64,000 bases of DNA from an uncultured Gemmatimonadaceae bacterium (lineage in GTDB: Bacteria > Gemmatimonadota > Gemmatimonadetes > Gemmatimonadales > Gemmatimonadaceae), in assembly GCA_963822945.1 (NCBI GenBank), contig CAWGJO010000004.1, positions 96,001 to 160,000 on the forward strand, given 5' to 3'. Made by a program: the position numbers and the translations under genes. Below, piece after piece: positions 52,918 to 62,085 of this stretch (within the stretch, counting starts at the first letter, position 1; every line of letters begins with the position of its first letter). The notes under the pieces are model-generated. The model made no database searches and was not told the origin of the DNA. It worked only from the letters and a program-made list of their open reading frames with translations.

Positions 52918-55905
52918 GTGGCCAAGCAGCCTCCGAACGCCGACCCGGTCGGCCCTGAGCATCCGCGCGACCCCGAAGGGTCCGCCTCCTCGCACGACGC
53001 CAACTTCTCGCGGCGCGACTTCCTCATGCGGGCCGGCCGCTACGGCATCGCCGCCTCGCTGGCCGGCCCGTTCATCGGGACGTCGCTCTGGCCACGGGCC
53101 CTGCGCACCGCAGCGCGCCCGGCGCCCCTGGCGCCGCCCGAGGCGCTCCGCGACGGCATCCTCCACACGACCACGAGCGCGCCGGTGAATCCGTCGCTGT
53201 TCTCGGGGCTGAAGTGGCGCCTGCTCGGGCCCTTCCGCGGCGGACGCGTGGACGCCGTCACCGGCGTGCCCGGACGGCCCAACGAGTTCTACTTCGGCTC
53301 GGTGAACGGCGGTCTCTGGAAATCCATCGACGCGGGACGGGTCTGGGAGCCGGTCTTCGACGGACAGCCGGTGGCCTCCGTCGGCGCGGTGGCCGTGGCG
53401 CCCTCGGCGCCCGACACGGTGTACGTCGGCACCGGTGAGTGCACGCTGCGCGATTCCACCGGCTACGGCAACGGCGTCTACAAGTCCACGGACGGCGGCA
53501 AGTCGTGGACGCACCTCGGACTCGAGGAAACGCAGCACATCGGCAAGATCGCCGTGCATCCGCACAATCCGAACATCGCGTACGTGGCGGCCATCGGGCA
53601 CTTCTACGCCGGCAATCCCGACCGCGGCATCTTCCGCACGAAGGACGGCGGCAAGACGTGGAAGAAGGTGCTGTTCAAGAACGACGACGTGGGCGCCATC
53701 GAAGTCCAGATCGATCCGAAGAACCCGAACGTCGTGTTCGCGGGGCTCTGGAACACGCGTCGCCCCCCCTGGTTCGTGTACGCGCCGAGCAACGGCCCGG
53801 GCGGCGGCATCTACAAGAGCACCGACGGCGGCGACACGTGGAAGGAACTCACGAACGGGCTCCCCACCAAGGGCATGGGCAAAAGCGGCATCGCCATCTC
53901 GGCCAGCCACCCGAACCGCGTGTACGCGGCCATCGACAACCTGGAGCTGCCGCCGGGCGCGAAGCCGCCGGCCACCACCGGCGCGTACGGCGAGGGCGCC
54001 ACGGGGCAGGGCGGGTTCTTCCGCTCCGACGACGGCGGCGAGCACTGGACCAAGATGTCCGACGACAGCATGCTCTGGGGACGGGGTTGGTACTTCGAGC
54101 ACGTCGTCTGTGATCCCGTGAACCCCGATATCGTGTACGTGTCCAATGTGGTGGTCTCGCGCAGCGAGGACGGCGGCAAGACGTGGGTGGCCCTGCGCGG
54201 TTCGCCCGGCGGCGACGACTACCATCAGGCGTGGGTCTCGCCGGACGAGCCGAACACGATGATCGTGGCCAGCGACCAGGGCTGCATCATCACCCGCAAC
54301 GCCCGCACCAAGGATCCGCGGGAAGTTACCTGGAGTTCCTGGCTCAACCAGCCGACCGCGCAGATGTACCACATCTCGGTCGACTACCGGTTCCCCTACT
54401 GGGTGACCGGCGCCCAGCAGGACAGCGGCGCGGTGGCGGTGTGCATCCGCGGCCGGTTCGGCGAGATCTCCACGCGCGACTGGGAGCCCATCGGCGCGGG
54501 CGGCGAGAGTGGGTACACGGCCGGCGATCCGCTGCACCCGGGCATCATCTACGGCGGCACGGGCAGCCGGTTCGACCTGCCGCTCAACCACAGCGTGCCG
54601 GGCACCACGTCGCCGCAGGTGCCGGACGACGTGAAGGTGCGCACCGACTGGACGCAGCCGCTCGTGCTGTCGCCGGCCGATCCGCGGGCGCTCTATTACG
54701 CGAACCAGTACGTCTTCAAGTCGTCCGACATGGCCAAGACGTGGACGCGCATCAGCGATGACCTGACGCGGCCGAGTCCGGAGATCCCGCCCAACCTCGA
54801 TGCCGCGTCGGCGGCCGACTTCGATCCCAACCGCGGACGCGGCGGCGTGGTGTATACCCTCGCCCCGTCGCCCCTGCTCGTGCCCATGCTCTGGGCCGGC
54901 ACCGATGACGGGCTCATCAAGCTCACCCTCAACGACGGCAAGGACTGGAAGGACGTGACGCCGCCCGCGCTCACGCCGTGGAGCCGCGTGACGATGATCG
55001 AGGCGTCGCACTTCGATTTCAATACCGCGTACGCCAGTGTCGACCGCCACCAGCTGCAGGACTTCGATCCGTACATCTATCGGACCCGCGATCAGGGCAA
55101 GTCGTGGACGCGGATCTCGACCGGGCTGCCGAAGGGGGTGTACGTGCACACCGTGCGCGAAGACCCGGAGCGGCAGGGCCTGTTGTTCGCCGGCACGGAG
55201 CGCGGCGCGTTCATCTCGTTCGACGACGGCGACCACTGGCAGCCGTTGCAGCTCAACCTGCCCGTCACGTCGGTGCGCGAGTTCCAGGTCTACTCGGGCG
55301 ATCTGCTGGTGGGGACGCATGGCCGCGGCATCTGGGCGGTCGACGACATCAGCTCCCTGAGGCAGATCAACGATGCGGTCGCGGCGTCGGAGGCCTACCT
55401 GTTCAAGCCGGCCGACGCCTACAACTACATGCAGGGCAGCGACAACGGCACGCCATTGCAGAAGGACGAACCGCAGACTCCCAACCGCCCGGTTGGGGCG
55501 TTCATCGACTACTACCTCAAGTCCGATGCGTCCGGGCCGGTGACCATCGAGGTGTTGGACGAGGCCGGGAAGGTGCGGGCCACCTACGGCAATGGGGCCC
55601 CCGCCGCGGGCGCCGGAGGACGGGGGGGGCGCGGCGGCGCCGGGGCGGGCGGCATTCCGCGCGTTTCGCCGCTCTGGCAGCCCACGCCCGAACCGTTCCA
55701 GACCTCCGCCGGCATGCACCGCGTGGTGTTCAGTCCCATCGCCGGCGGGCGGCGCGGCTTTGGTGGTGGGCGGCGCGGCCGCGGCGGGCCGCCGGGTCCG
55801 CCGCCGCAGATCACGGGCACCTTTACGGCCCGCCTGACCGTAAACGGCAAGACGTACGAACAGACGTTCGACATGATGCCCGATCCCCGAGAGGCCGAGT
55901 TGTAG
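52918..55905 (+). CDS. Tat-exported BNR/VPS10 beta-propeller protein (glycosyl-hydrolase-like)
   Basis: SRRDFL Tat motif; WRLLGPFRGGR; many Asp-box repeats (KSTDGGKSW, RTKDGGKTW, RSDDGGEHW, SFDDGDHW). Confidence 0.9.
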   Translation: MAKQPPNADPVGPEHPRDPEGSASSHDANFSRRDFLMRAGRYGIAASLAGPFIGTSLWPRALRTAARPAPLAPPEALRDGILHTTTSAPVNPSLFSGLKWRLLGPFRGGRVDAVTGVPGRPNEFYFGSVNGGLWKSIDAGRVWEPVFDGQPVASVGAVAVAPSAPDTVYVGTGECTLRDSTGYGNGVYKSTDGGKSWTHLGLEETQHIGKIAVHPHNPNIAYVAAIGHFYAGNPDRGIFRTKDGGKTWKKVLFKNDDVGAIEVQIDPKNPNVVFAGLWNTRRPPWFVYAPSNGPGGGIYKSTDGGDTWKELTNGLPTKGMGKSGIAISASHPNRVYAAIDNLELPPGAKPPATTGAYGEGATGQGGFFRSDDGGEHWTKMSDDSMLWGRGWYFEHVVCDPVNPDIVYVSNVVVSRSEDGGKTWVALRGSPGGDDYHQAWVSPDEPNTMIVASDQGCIITRNARTKDPREVTWSSWLNQPTAQMYHISVDYRFPYWVTGAQQDSGAVAVCIRGRFGEISTRDWEPIGAGGESGYTAGDPLHPGIIYGGTGSRFDLPLNHSVPGTTSPQVPDDVKVRTDWTQPLVLSPADPRALYYANQYVFKSSDMAKTWTRISDDLTRPSPEIPPNLDAASAADFDPNRGRGGVVYTLAPSPLLVPMLWAGTDDGLIKLTLNDGKDWKDVTPPALTPWSRVTMIEASHFDFNTAYASVDRHQLQDFDPYIYRTRDQGKSWTRISTGLPKGVYVHTVREDPERQGLLFAGTERGAFISFDDGDHWQPLQLNLPVTSVREFQVYSGDLLVGTHGRGIWAVDDISSLRQINDAVAASEAYLFKPADAYNYMQGSDNGTPLQKDEPQTPNRPVGAFIDYYLKSDASGPVTIEVLDEAGKVRATYGNGAPAAGAGGRGGRGGAGAGGIPRVSPLWQPTPEPFQTSAGMHRVVFSPIAGGRRGFGGGRRGRGGPPGPPPQITGTFTARLTVNGKTYEQTFDMMPDPREAEL

Positions 55906-56009
55906 TACTCCCTCACCCCTCGGTCGACCCCCGACCCCTGATGCCCGCGGGCGCGGCTACCAGCCGTGTCCCGCGGGCATTACGTTGGGAGGCAGGGGGA
56001 ATTACTGCA

Positions 56010-56624
56010 TTGAAGATCACGCGAAGAAATCGTGTCTGGCCGCTCGCCGTGATGATCGCGGCTGCCTGCGGCGGCCCGGCGCGCGACTCACAAGCTCTCC
56101 ACGGCGCCAAGCTCCCCCAGCCGATCGCCCGCCCGGAGTTCACACTCACCGATACGCACGGCCAACCCTTCGATTTCCAGAAGGAGACGCGGGGCCAACT
56201 CACCCTGCTGGCGTTCGGCTACACGCACTGCCCCGACGTCTGCCCGGTGCAGATGGCCAACATCGCCGCGGCCATGCGGCGACTCCCGAGAACCGACCAG
56301 CAGCGCATCCGCGTGGTGTTCATCACCACCGATCCGCCGCGCGACTCCGCGCAGCGCCTGCGCAGCTGGCTCGACAGCTTCAATCCGGCGTTCATCGGGT
56401 TGCGGGGCACCGAGGCCGAGATCGTGAAAGCGGAGCACGCCGTCGGCGTCGCCCTGGCCACACGGCAGGCGAGCGCGCCCGGCGACACGAACTACACGGT
56501 GGGGCATGCGGCGCAGGTGTACGCCTTCACGCCGGACGACAGCGCGCACCGCGCCTATCCCTTCGGCACGCTCCAGCAGGATTGGGCGCACGATCTTCCC
56601 GAACTGCTTCGCGGCGCTCGCTGA
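56010..56624 (+). CDS. SCO family copper chaperone lipoprotein
   Basis: Lipobox AAAC, FGYTHCPDVCP, TDPPRD, YTVGH; TTG start inferred. Confidence 0.9.
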   Translation: MKITRRNRVWPLAVMIAAACGGPARDSQALHGAKLPQPIARPEFTLTDTHGQPFDFQKETRGQLTLLAFGYTHCPDVCPVQMANIAAAMRRLPRTDQQRIRVVFITTDPPRDSAQRLRSWLDSFNPAFIGLRGTEAEIVKAEHAVGVALATRQASAPGDTNYTVGHAAQVYAFTPDDSAHRAYPFGTLQQDWAHDLPELLRGAR

Positions 56625-56651
56625 CCACCCGATTCCGGCGACAATCGATCC

Positions 56652-57464
56652 ATGGTGACCCAACCCGTACAGTGGTGGTGCTCGGCGCAGGGCGTGGCCT
56701 GGACGTGGAAATGGCGCCCCTATCCCGGCATCTGGCTCATGGCGCTCGGCATCGCCGGCGCGTACTGGGCAGCCGTCCGGGGCGGACCCGACACTCCCGC
56801 GGCGCGCCGCCGCCGGCTCATCGGATGGATCGGCGTGGTCCTGGCGTGGGCCTCGCTCGACTGGCCGTTGGGGCCGCTCGCCGCCGGCTATCTGGCCAGC
56901 GCGCACGCCGTGCAGTTTCTCTCGCTCACCATGGTCGTCGCCCCGCTGATTCTGGTGGGCCTCGAGCCCGGGTTGGCATCGCGTCCGGCGCCCACCGGTG
57001 CCGCGTGGCGCGTGCTTCGCCTCGCCACCATGCCGCTGATGGCGGCGATCATCTTCAACGTGATCGCGGCCGCCACCCACGTGCCTGCGGTCGTCGACGG
57101 GCTCATGGTGTCGCAGTTCGGCTCGTTCGTGCTCGATCTGTCGTGGCTGGTGGCGGGGTTCGTGCTCTGGTGGCCGGTGGTGATGAGCGTGCCAGCGCGC
57201 GAGTTTCCCGTGCTCTTCAAGATCCTGTATCTGTTCCTGGCCACGCTGGTGCATTCGGGAATCGCGACGGTGATGCTGTTCGCCGAGTTCCCGATCTACA
57301 GTATCTATCAACTCGCGCCGCCCATGAACGGGCTCACGTCGCTGGACGATCTGCGCGTCGCCGGCGGGATCATGGAGATCGGCGGCCTGCTCATCACCTT
57401 CGGCGTGATGACCGGGCTGTTCTTTACCTGGGCCAACCGCACCACGACCCCCGACGGCAGTTAG
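56652..57464 (+). CDS. Cytochrome c oxidase assembly factor, CtaG-like
   Basis: Multi-TM; YLASAHAVQ, HVPA, LWWPV, DDLRVAGGIM. Confidence 0.8.
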   Translation: MVTQPVQWWCSAQGVAWTWKWRPYPGIWLMALGIAGAYWAAVRGGPDTPAARRRRLIGWIGVVLAWASLDWPLGPLAAGYLASAHAVQFLSLTMVVAPLILVGLEPGLASRPAPTGAAWRVLRLATMPLMAAIIFNVIAAATHVPAVVDGLMVSQFGSFVLDLSWLVAGFVLWWPVVMSVPAREFPVLFKILYLFLATLVHSGIATVMLFAEFPIYSIYQLAPPMNGLTSLDDLRVAGGIMEIGGLLITFGVMTGLFFTWANRTTTPDGS

Positions 57465-57624
57465 GGCGCGCCGCGCCCGCTTACCGCGCCCCCTCCGGCG
57501 GGGAGAAAGTCCGACACGCCGTCCGGGACGGCCCGATGGGCGGTCGCGCGCGATGGCCGTATCCGTCCCTTAGTAGGGTCTCCCAAGCGAGATCTTCGTC
57601 TGCCCCCCAAGCACGGAGATTCGG

Positions 57625-58881
57625 ATGCTTAACGTTTCGCGTATCGCCGGACTCGCCGCCGTCGCCATGCTCGCGATGCCGGAGTTGGCGACGGCCAAGA
57701 ACATTCCCGCGTTCGCGCGGAAGTACGGCGTGAGTTGTTCCCTCTGCCATGCTCCGGTGCCGCGTCTCACGGCGTTCGGCGAGAAGTTCGCCGCCAACGG
57801 GTTCGAGATGCTTCCCGGGGAGCCGCCGCGGGATACGATCAACACCGGCGACCCTCTCCTGCGTCTGCAGAACACGCTTCCGCTGGCCATCCGCATGGAC
57901 ATGTATGCGGCGGCATATTCGCACACCAGGCCGGGGCAGAGTGCCGCGGATCTCCAGACGCCCTGGGTGATCAAGCTCCTCAGTGGTGGGCAGGTGGCGG
58001 ACAAGATCAGCTACTACGCGTACTTCCTGCTCACCGAGCGCGGTGAGGTGGCGGGACTCGAGGACGCGTACGTCCAGTTCACCGACGTGGCCAATACGGG
58101 CGTGAGTGTCATCGTCGGCCAGTTCCAGGTGTCCGACCCGATCTTCAAGCGCGAACTCCGGTTGAGCTACGAGGATTACCAGCAATTCCGCGTGCGCGTG
58201 GGCGAGGCGTCGCCCGACCTGACCTACGATCGCGGGGTCATGGCCATGATGTCGCCCTGGGAAGGTGGAGACGTATCGGTGCAGTTGATCAATGGGCACG
58301 GGCTCAATACCGCCGACGTCAATCGCCAGTTCGACCGCAACACGCCGAAGAACGTGGTGCTGCGCCTCTCGCAGAAGTGGGGGCCGGTGCGCGTGGGCGG
58401 TCTCGGCTATCACGGCGACGAGCGCTCGAGCGGTTACACGAACACGATCGCCGTGTACGGCCCGGACGCCACCGTCGAGCTGGGCTCGATCGGCACGCTC
58501 AACGCGCAGTTCCTGCGCCGGCTCGACAGCGACCCGTTCTACGGGTCCTGCTCGTCGGCGGTGCCGTGCCCGGGCGACGTGACGACGCCGTACAGCACGA
58601 CGGTGGACGCGGCATTCGCCGAGGCCACGTTCTGGCCGAACGGTCCCACCAGCCGGCTGTACTTCACGTCGAGCTACAACTGGGTGTATTCCAGCCGCCC
58701 CGTGATCTCGCTGCGCCTGGGCGAGCAGGCCTCGGCGCCCGGCTACATGTCCAAGTACAACGCGGTGAGCGGCGGCGCGCACTACTGGTTCCGGCGGAAC
58801 GTGCGGCTGATGGGGGAACTGGGTTACGACTTCCAGCGCGAGCAGGGGCGACTCATCGCCGGCACCGTACTCGCGTTCTGA
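57625..58881 (+). CDS. Cyc2-like monoheme cytochrome-porin fusion
   Basis: Signal peptide, then IPAFARKYGVSCSLCHAPVPRLTAFGEKFAANGF (PxFAR...CxxCH...P.L..FG..F...G), a beta-barrel body and C-terminal Phe. Confidence 0.8.
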   Translation: MLNVSRIAGLAAVAMLAMPELATAKNIPAFARKYGVSCSLCHAPVPRLTAFGEKFAANGFEMLPGEPPRDTINTGDPLLRLQNTLPLAIRMDMYAAAYSHTRPGQSAADLQTPWVIKLLSGGQVADKISYYAYFLLTERGEVAGLEDAYVQFTDVANTGVSVIVGQFQVSDPIFKRELRLSYEDYQQFRVRVGEASPDLTYDRGVMAMMSPWEGGDVSVQLINGHGLNTADVNRQFDRNTPKNVVLRLSQKWGPVRVGGLGYHGDERSSGYTNTIAVYGPDATVELGSIGTLNAQFLRRLDSDPFYGSCSSAVPCPGDVTTPYSTTVDAAFAEATFWPNGPTSRLYFTSSYNWVYSSRPVISLRLGEQASAPGYMSKYNAVSGGAHYWFRRNVRLMGELGYDFQREQGRLIAGTVLAF

Positions 58882-58896
58882 CGGAGGAGGTGTGAG

Positions 58897-59322
58897 ATGA
58901 AACGCTGGACGTTCGCGTTCGCGGCGCTGCTGGCCGTGCTGGTGCTCGGGGCAACGGACCTCCGGAACGCCCATCCCGCGGCGGCGGTACCTGCCGCCGC
59001 CGCGGGGGACACGGCGTTGTCTCCGGCCATGATTGCGCTGGGCGACAGCATCTTCCACGGGCGCGTCGGCGGTGGCATCTGCTTCACCTGTCATGGACCG
59101 ACCGGAAAGGGCATGCCGGGGTTGGCCCCCGATCTGACCGACGCGACGTGGCTGCACGGCGACGGGAGTTACGACTTCATCGTGAAGCTCGTGACCACCG
59201 GCGTGCCCAAGCCCAAGGGCGTGGTGGCGGCTCCGATGCTGCCGAAGGGCGGGGCGAAGCTGACGCCGCATCAGGTGCAGGCCGTGGCGGCCTACGTCTA
59301 CTCGCTGCGGAACGCGAAGTAG
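58897..59322 (+). CDS. Periplasmic monoheme class I cytochrome c
   Basis: GGAGGAGG RBS, signal peptide, CFTCH, PDLTDATWLHG, distal Met in MLPKGG. Confidence 0.9.
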   Translation: MKRWTFAFAALLAVLVLGATDLRNAHPAAAVPAAAAGDTALSPAMIALGDSIFHGRVGGGICFTCHGPTGKGMPGLAPDLTDATWLHGDGSYDFIVKLVTTGVPKPKGVVAAPMLPKGGAKLTPHQVQAVAAYVYSLRNAK

Positions 59323-59683
59323 GCACACTGCCGTGAGCGAATCGCGCCGGCGCCACGATCGAGCGTGGCGCCGGCCTTCCGTGCGACCACGGGGAATGCC
59401 TGACACGACGTACGGCGAGTCCCGATGGGCCCGCGCGTGCGCCACGCATATCCGTCATCCAATGCGTTCGGGAGGTCGCCAATGGCGACGGGCGACCTGC
59501 GGGCGCGGCGTTCCCACTCTGCCGCGCACGCCTTCTCCGCGTTCGTGTATTCACTGAGCGACTCCGTTCGGTAGCCGCGCCGCATCGGGCGCCGGAGCGC
59601 GGGGGCGGCGTTGCCAGTCGCCGGTCGCGCGTCGATATTGCGATGACGTCGTTCGCGGCACGCACTTGGGGCCGGAGGGTCTC

Positions 59684-61021
59684 GTGGATCCTGTATTCTG
59701 GCATCGATTCCAATTCGCCTTCACGGCGACGTTTCACTATCTGTTCCCGCAGCTGACGATGGGGCTGGCGCTGCTCATCCTCGTGATGAAGTCGCTCGGC
59801 CTCCGTCCGGGCGGAGAGCGCTGGAACACGGCGGCGCGCTTCTGGATCCGCATCTTCGGGATCAACTTCGCCGTCGGCGTGGTGACGGGCATCCCGATGG
59901 AGTTCCAGTTCGGAACGAACTGGGCCGGCTTCTCCGCCTACGCCGGCAGTGTCATCGGCAATACGCTCGGCATGGAAGGGCTGTTCGCGTTCTTCCTGGA
60001 GTCGAGCTTCCTGGCGCTCCTCGTCTGGGGCGAGGGCCGGGTCGGTCGCATCGGTCACTGGCTCGCCTCGCTGGCGCTGTTCGTCGGCAGTTGGCTGTCG
60101 GGTTATTTCATCGTCGCCACCAACGCGTTCATGCAGCATCCCGTGGGGGCCCAGCTCGCGGCCAACGGGACCCTGCAGATCGACGGCTTCTGGCGCTTCG
60201 TGCTGAATCCCTGGGCCGTGCTCCAGTACCTGCATACGATGGACGCCAGCGTGGTCACCGCCGCGTTCGTCGTCGCCGCCGTCGGGGCGTACTACATGCT
60301 CCGCGGTATCCACACCGAGTCGGCCCGCGACTTCCTGAAGATCGGCGTGATCGCGGGGCTGGTGGCGAGCGTGATCGTCGCCTTTCCCACCGGCGACCGG
60401 GAGGCGAAGGCGGTGGCCCGGTGGCAACCGGTCTCGCTGGCCGCCATGGAGGGCCGGTTCGAGAGCGGTCCCTACGCCGCGATCACGCTCATCGGCCAGC
60501 CCGACGTGCAGGAACGCCGGCTGGACAACCCGATCCAGGTGGGCGGCATCCTGAGCGTGCTGGCGTTCGGAGCCTGGCACAGCAATGTGCCGGGCCTCAG
60601 CGCCTTCCCCACCGATCAGTGGCCCACCAACATCGAGCTGCTGTACTACGCGTTCCACATCATGGTCGGGCTCGGCACGCTGTTCATTCTGCTCATGGCC
60701 GCGTCGACCCTGCGCCTCGCACGGGGGAAGCTGCACGACACGCGATGGCTGCTGTGGATGCTGATGCTCGCCTTTCCCTTTCCCTACATCGCCAACACGG
60801 CCGGCTGGCTGACCGCCGAACTGGGGCGGCAGCCGTGGCTGGTATTCGGGATGCTGCGCACCGACGCCGGCGCGAGTCCGATGGTGCATTCGGGTACGGT
60901 GCTGTTCACCACCATCGGCTTCGCGGGGCTGTATCTCGTGCTCGGCCTGCTCTTCTTCTTCCTGATCGCGCGCGAGATCGCGCACGGGCCGCAGCCGGCG
61001 GCGGAGGCGTCCCATGTTTGA
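59684..61021 (+). CDS. cydA: Cytochrome bd quinol oxidase subunit I
   Basis: RFQFAFTATFHYLFP, GIPMEFQFGTNW, FFLESSF, NAFMQHP, QPVSLAAMEG, FHIMVG, ELGRQPW. Confidence 0.96.
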   Translation: MDPVFWHRFQFAFTATFHYLFPQLTMGLALLILVMKSLGLRPGGERWNTAARFWIRIFGINFAVGVVTGIPMEFQFGTNWAGFSAYAGSVIGNTLGMEGLFAFFLESSFLALLVWGEGRVGRIGHWLASLALFVGSWLSGYFIVATNAFMQHPVGAQLAANGTLQIDGFWRFVLNPWAVLQYLHTMDASVVTAAFVVAAVGAYYMLRGIHTESARDFLKIGVIAGLVASVIVAFPTGDREAKAVARWQPVSLAAMEGRFESGPYAAITLIGQPDVQERRLDNPIQVGGILSVLAFGAWHSNVPGLSAFPTDQWPTNIELLYYAFHIMVGLGTLFILLMAASTLRLARGKLHDTRWLLWMLMLAFPFPYIANTAGWLTAELGRQPWLVFGMLRTDAGASPMVHSGTVLFTTIGFAGLYLVLGLLFFFLIAREIAHGPQPAAEASHV

Positions 61022-62060
61022 AGTCTGGTTTGCGATCGTCGCCGTGATGTTCACCGGCTACGTGGTGCTCGACGGCTACGACCTCGGTGCCGGCGCGCTG
61101 CATCTGTTCGTGGCCCGCACCGGCGACGAGCGGCGGCAGGTGCTGGCCGCCGTGGGCCCGTTCTGGGACGCCAACGAGGTGTGGTTGCTGGCGGCGGGCG
61201 GTGCGCTCTTCGTGGGGTTCCCGCGCGTGCTCGCCGTGGGGCTCTCGGGCTTCTATCTGGCCATCTTCCTCGTCATCTGGATGCTGATCCTGCGCGCGGT
61301 GGCCATCGAGTTCCGGAGCCACGTGACCGACGCGCTCTGGCGTGCCTTCTGGGACGCGATGTTCACGATCGCGAGCGCGCTGCTGGCGATTCTCTGGGGC
61401 GCCGCCATCGGCAATGTGATCCGCGGATTGCCGCTCGGCGCCAACGGGTGGTTCGCGCTTCCGCTGTTCACCGATTTCAGCGCCAGGGCGCCGGTGGGCA
61501 TTCTGGACTGGTACACGGTGCTCACCGGCGTCTTCGCGCTCGTGGCGCTGGTGGGCCACGGCAGCCTGTTCCTGGCCTGGCGTACCGACGGCCCCGTGTA
61601 CGACCGGGCGCGACGGGTGGGGTTCCGCGTGTTCGTGCTCCTCGCCGTGCTGTGGCCGGTCGTCACGCTGGCCACGAACGTCGTGAATCCGACGCTGCTG
61701 CCGGCGCTTCCGGGGCGTCCGCTGGCCTGGCTCGGACTGCTGGTGGCGATCGGCGGCCTCGTGGCGGTATTCGTGGGGCTGGCCCGCGCGCGGCTGCTCA
61801 CCGCGTTTCTCGGGTCGTCTGCCTGGCTCACGGGCATGCTCGTGGCCACCGCGGCGTGTCTCTATCCGGTGATGCTGCGCGCGGTCCCCGACGCCGCGTA
61901 TTCGATCACCGCGAGCGAGTCCGGCAACTCGGCGGCGGGGTTGCATACCGCGCTGGGCTGGTGGGTGGTGGGCTTCCCCATCGCCATCGTGTACTTCGCG
62001 ATCCTCTTCCGCCTCCACCGGGGCAAGGCGGTGGCGGCGGAAGAGGGGAAGGGCTACTGA
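61014..62060 (+). CDS. cydB: Cytochrome bd quinol oxidase subunit II
   Basis: LDGYDLG, GPFWDANEVWL, RAVAIEFRS; overlaps the end of cydA. Confidence 0.95.
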   Translation: MFEVWFAIVAVMFTGYVVLDGYDLGAGALHLFVARTGDERRQVLAAVGPFWDANEVWLLAAGGALFVGFPRVLAVGLSGFYLAIFLVIWMLILRAVAIEFRSHVTDALWRAFWDAMFTIASALLAILWGAAIGNVIRGLPLGANGWFALPLFTDFSARAPVGILDWYTVLTGVFALVALVGHGSLFLAWRTDGPVYDRARRVGFRVFVLLAVLWPVVTLATNVVNPTLLPALPGRPLAWLGLLVAIGGLVAVFVGLARARLLTAFLGSSAWLTGMLVATAACLYPVMLRAVPDAAYSITASESGNSAAGLHTALGWWVVGFPIAIVYFAILFRLHRGKAVAAEEGKGY

Positions 62061-62085
62061 CGCCGGCGGCGGCTACCCGCCGCCG

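Noticed and set aside
59323..59683. Intergenic gap before cydA as a small ORF or riboswitch
   Set aside because: The 74-aa ORF has non-coding-like composition, and I recognised no riboswitch or FNR motif
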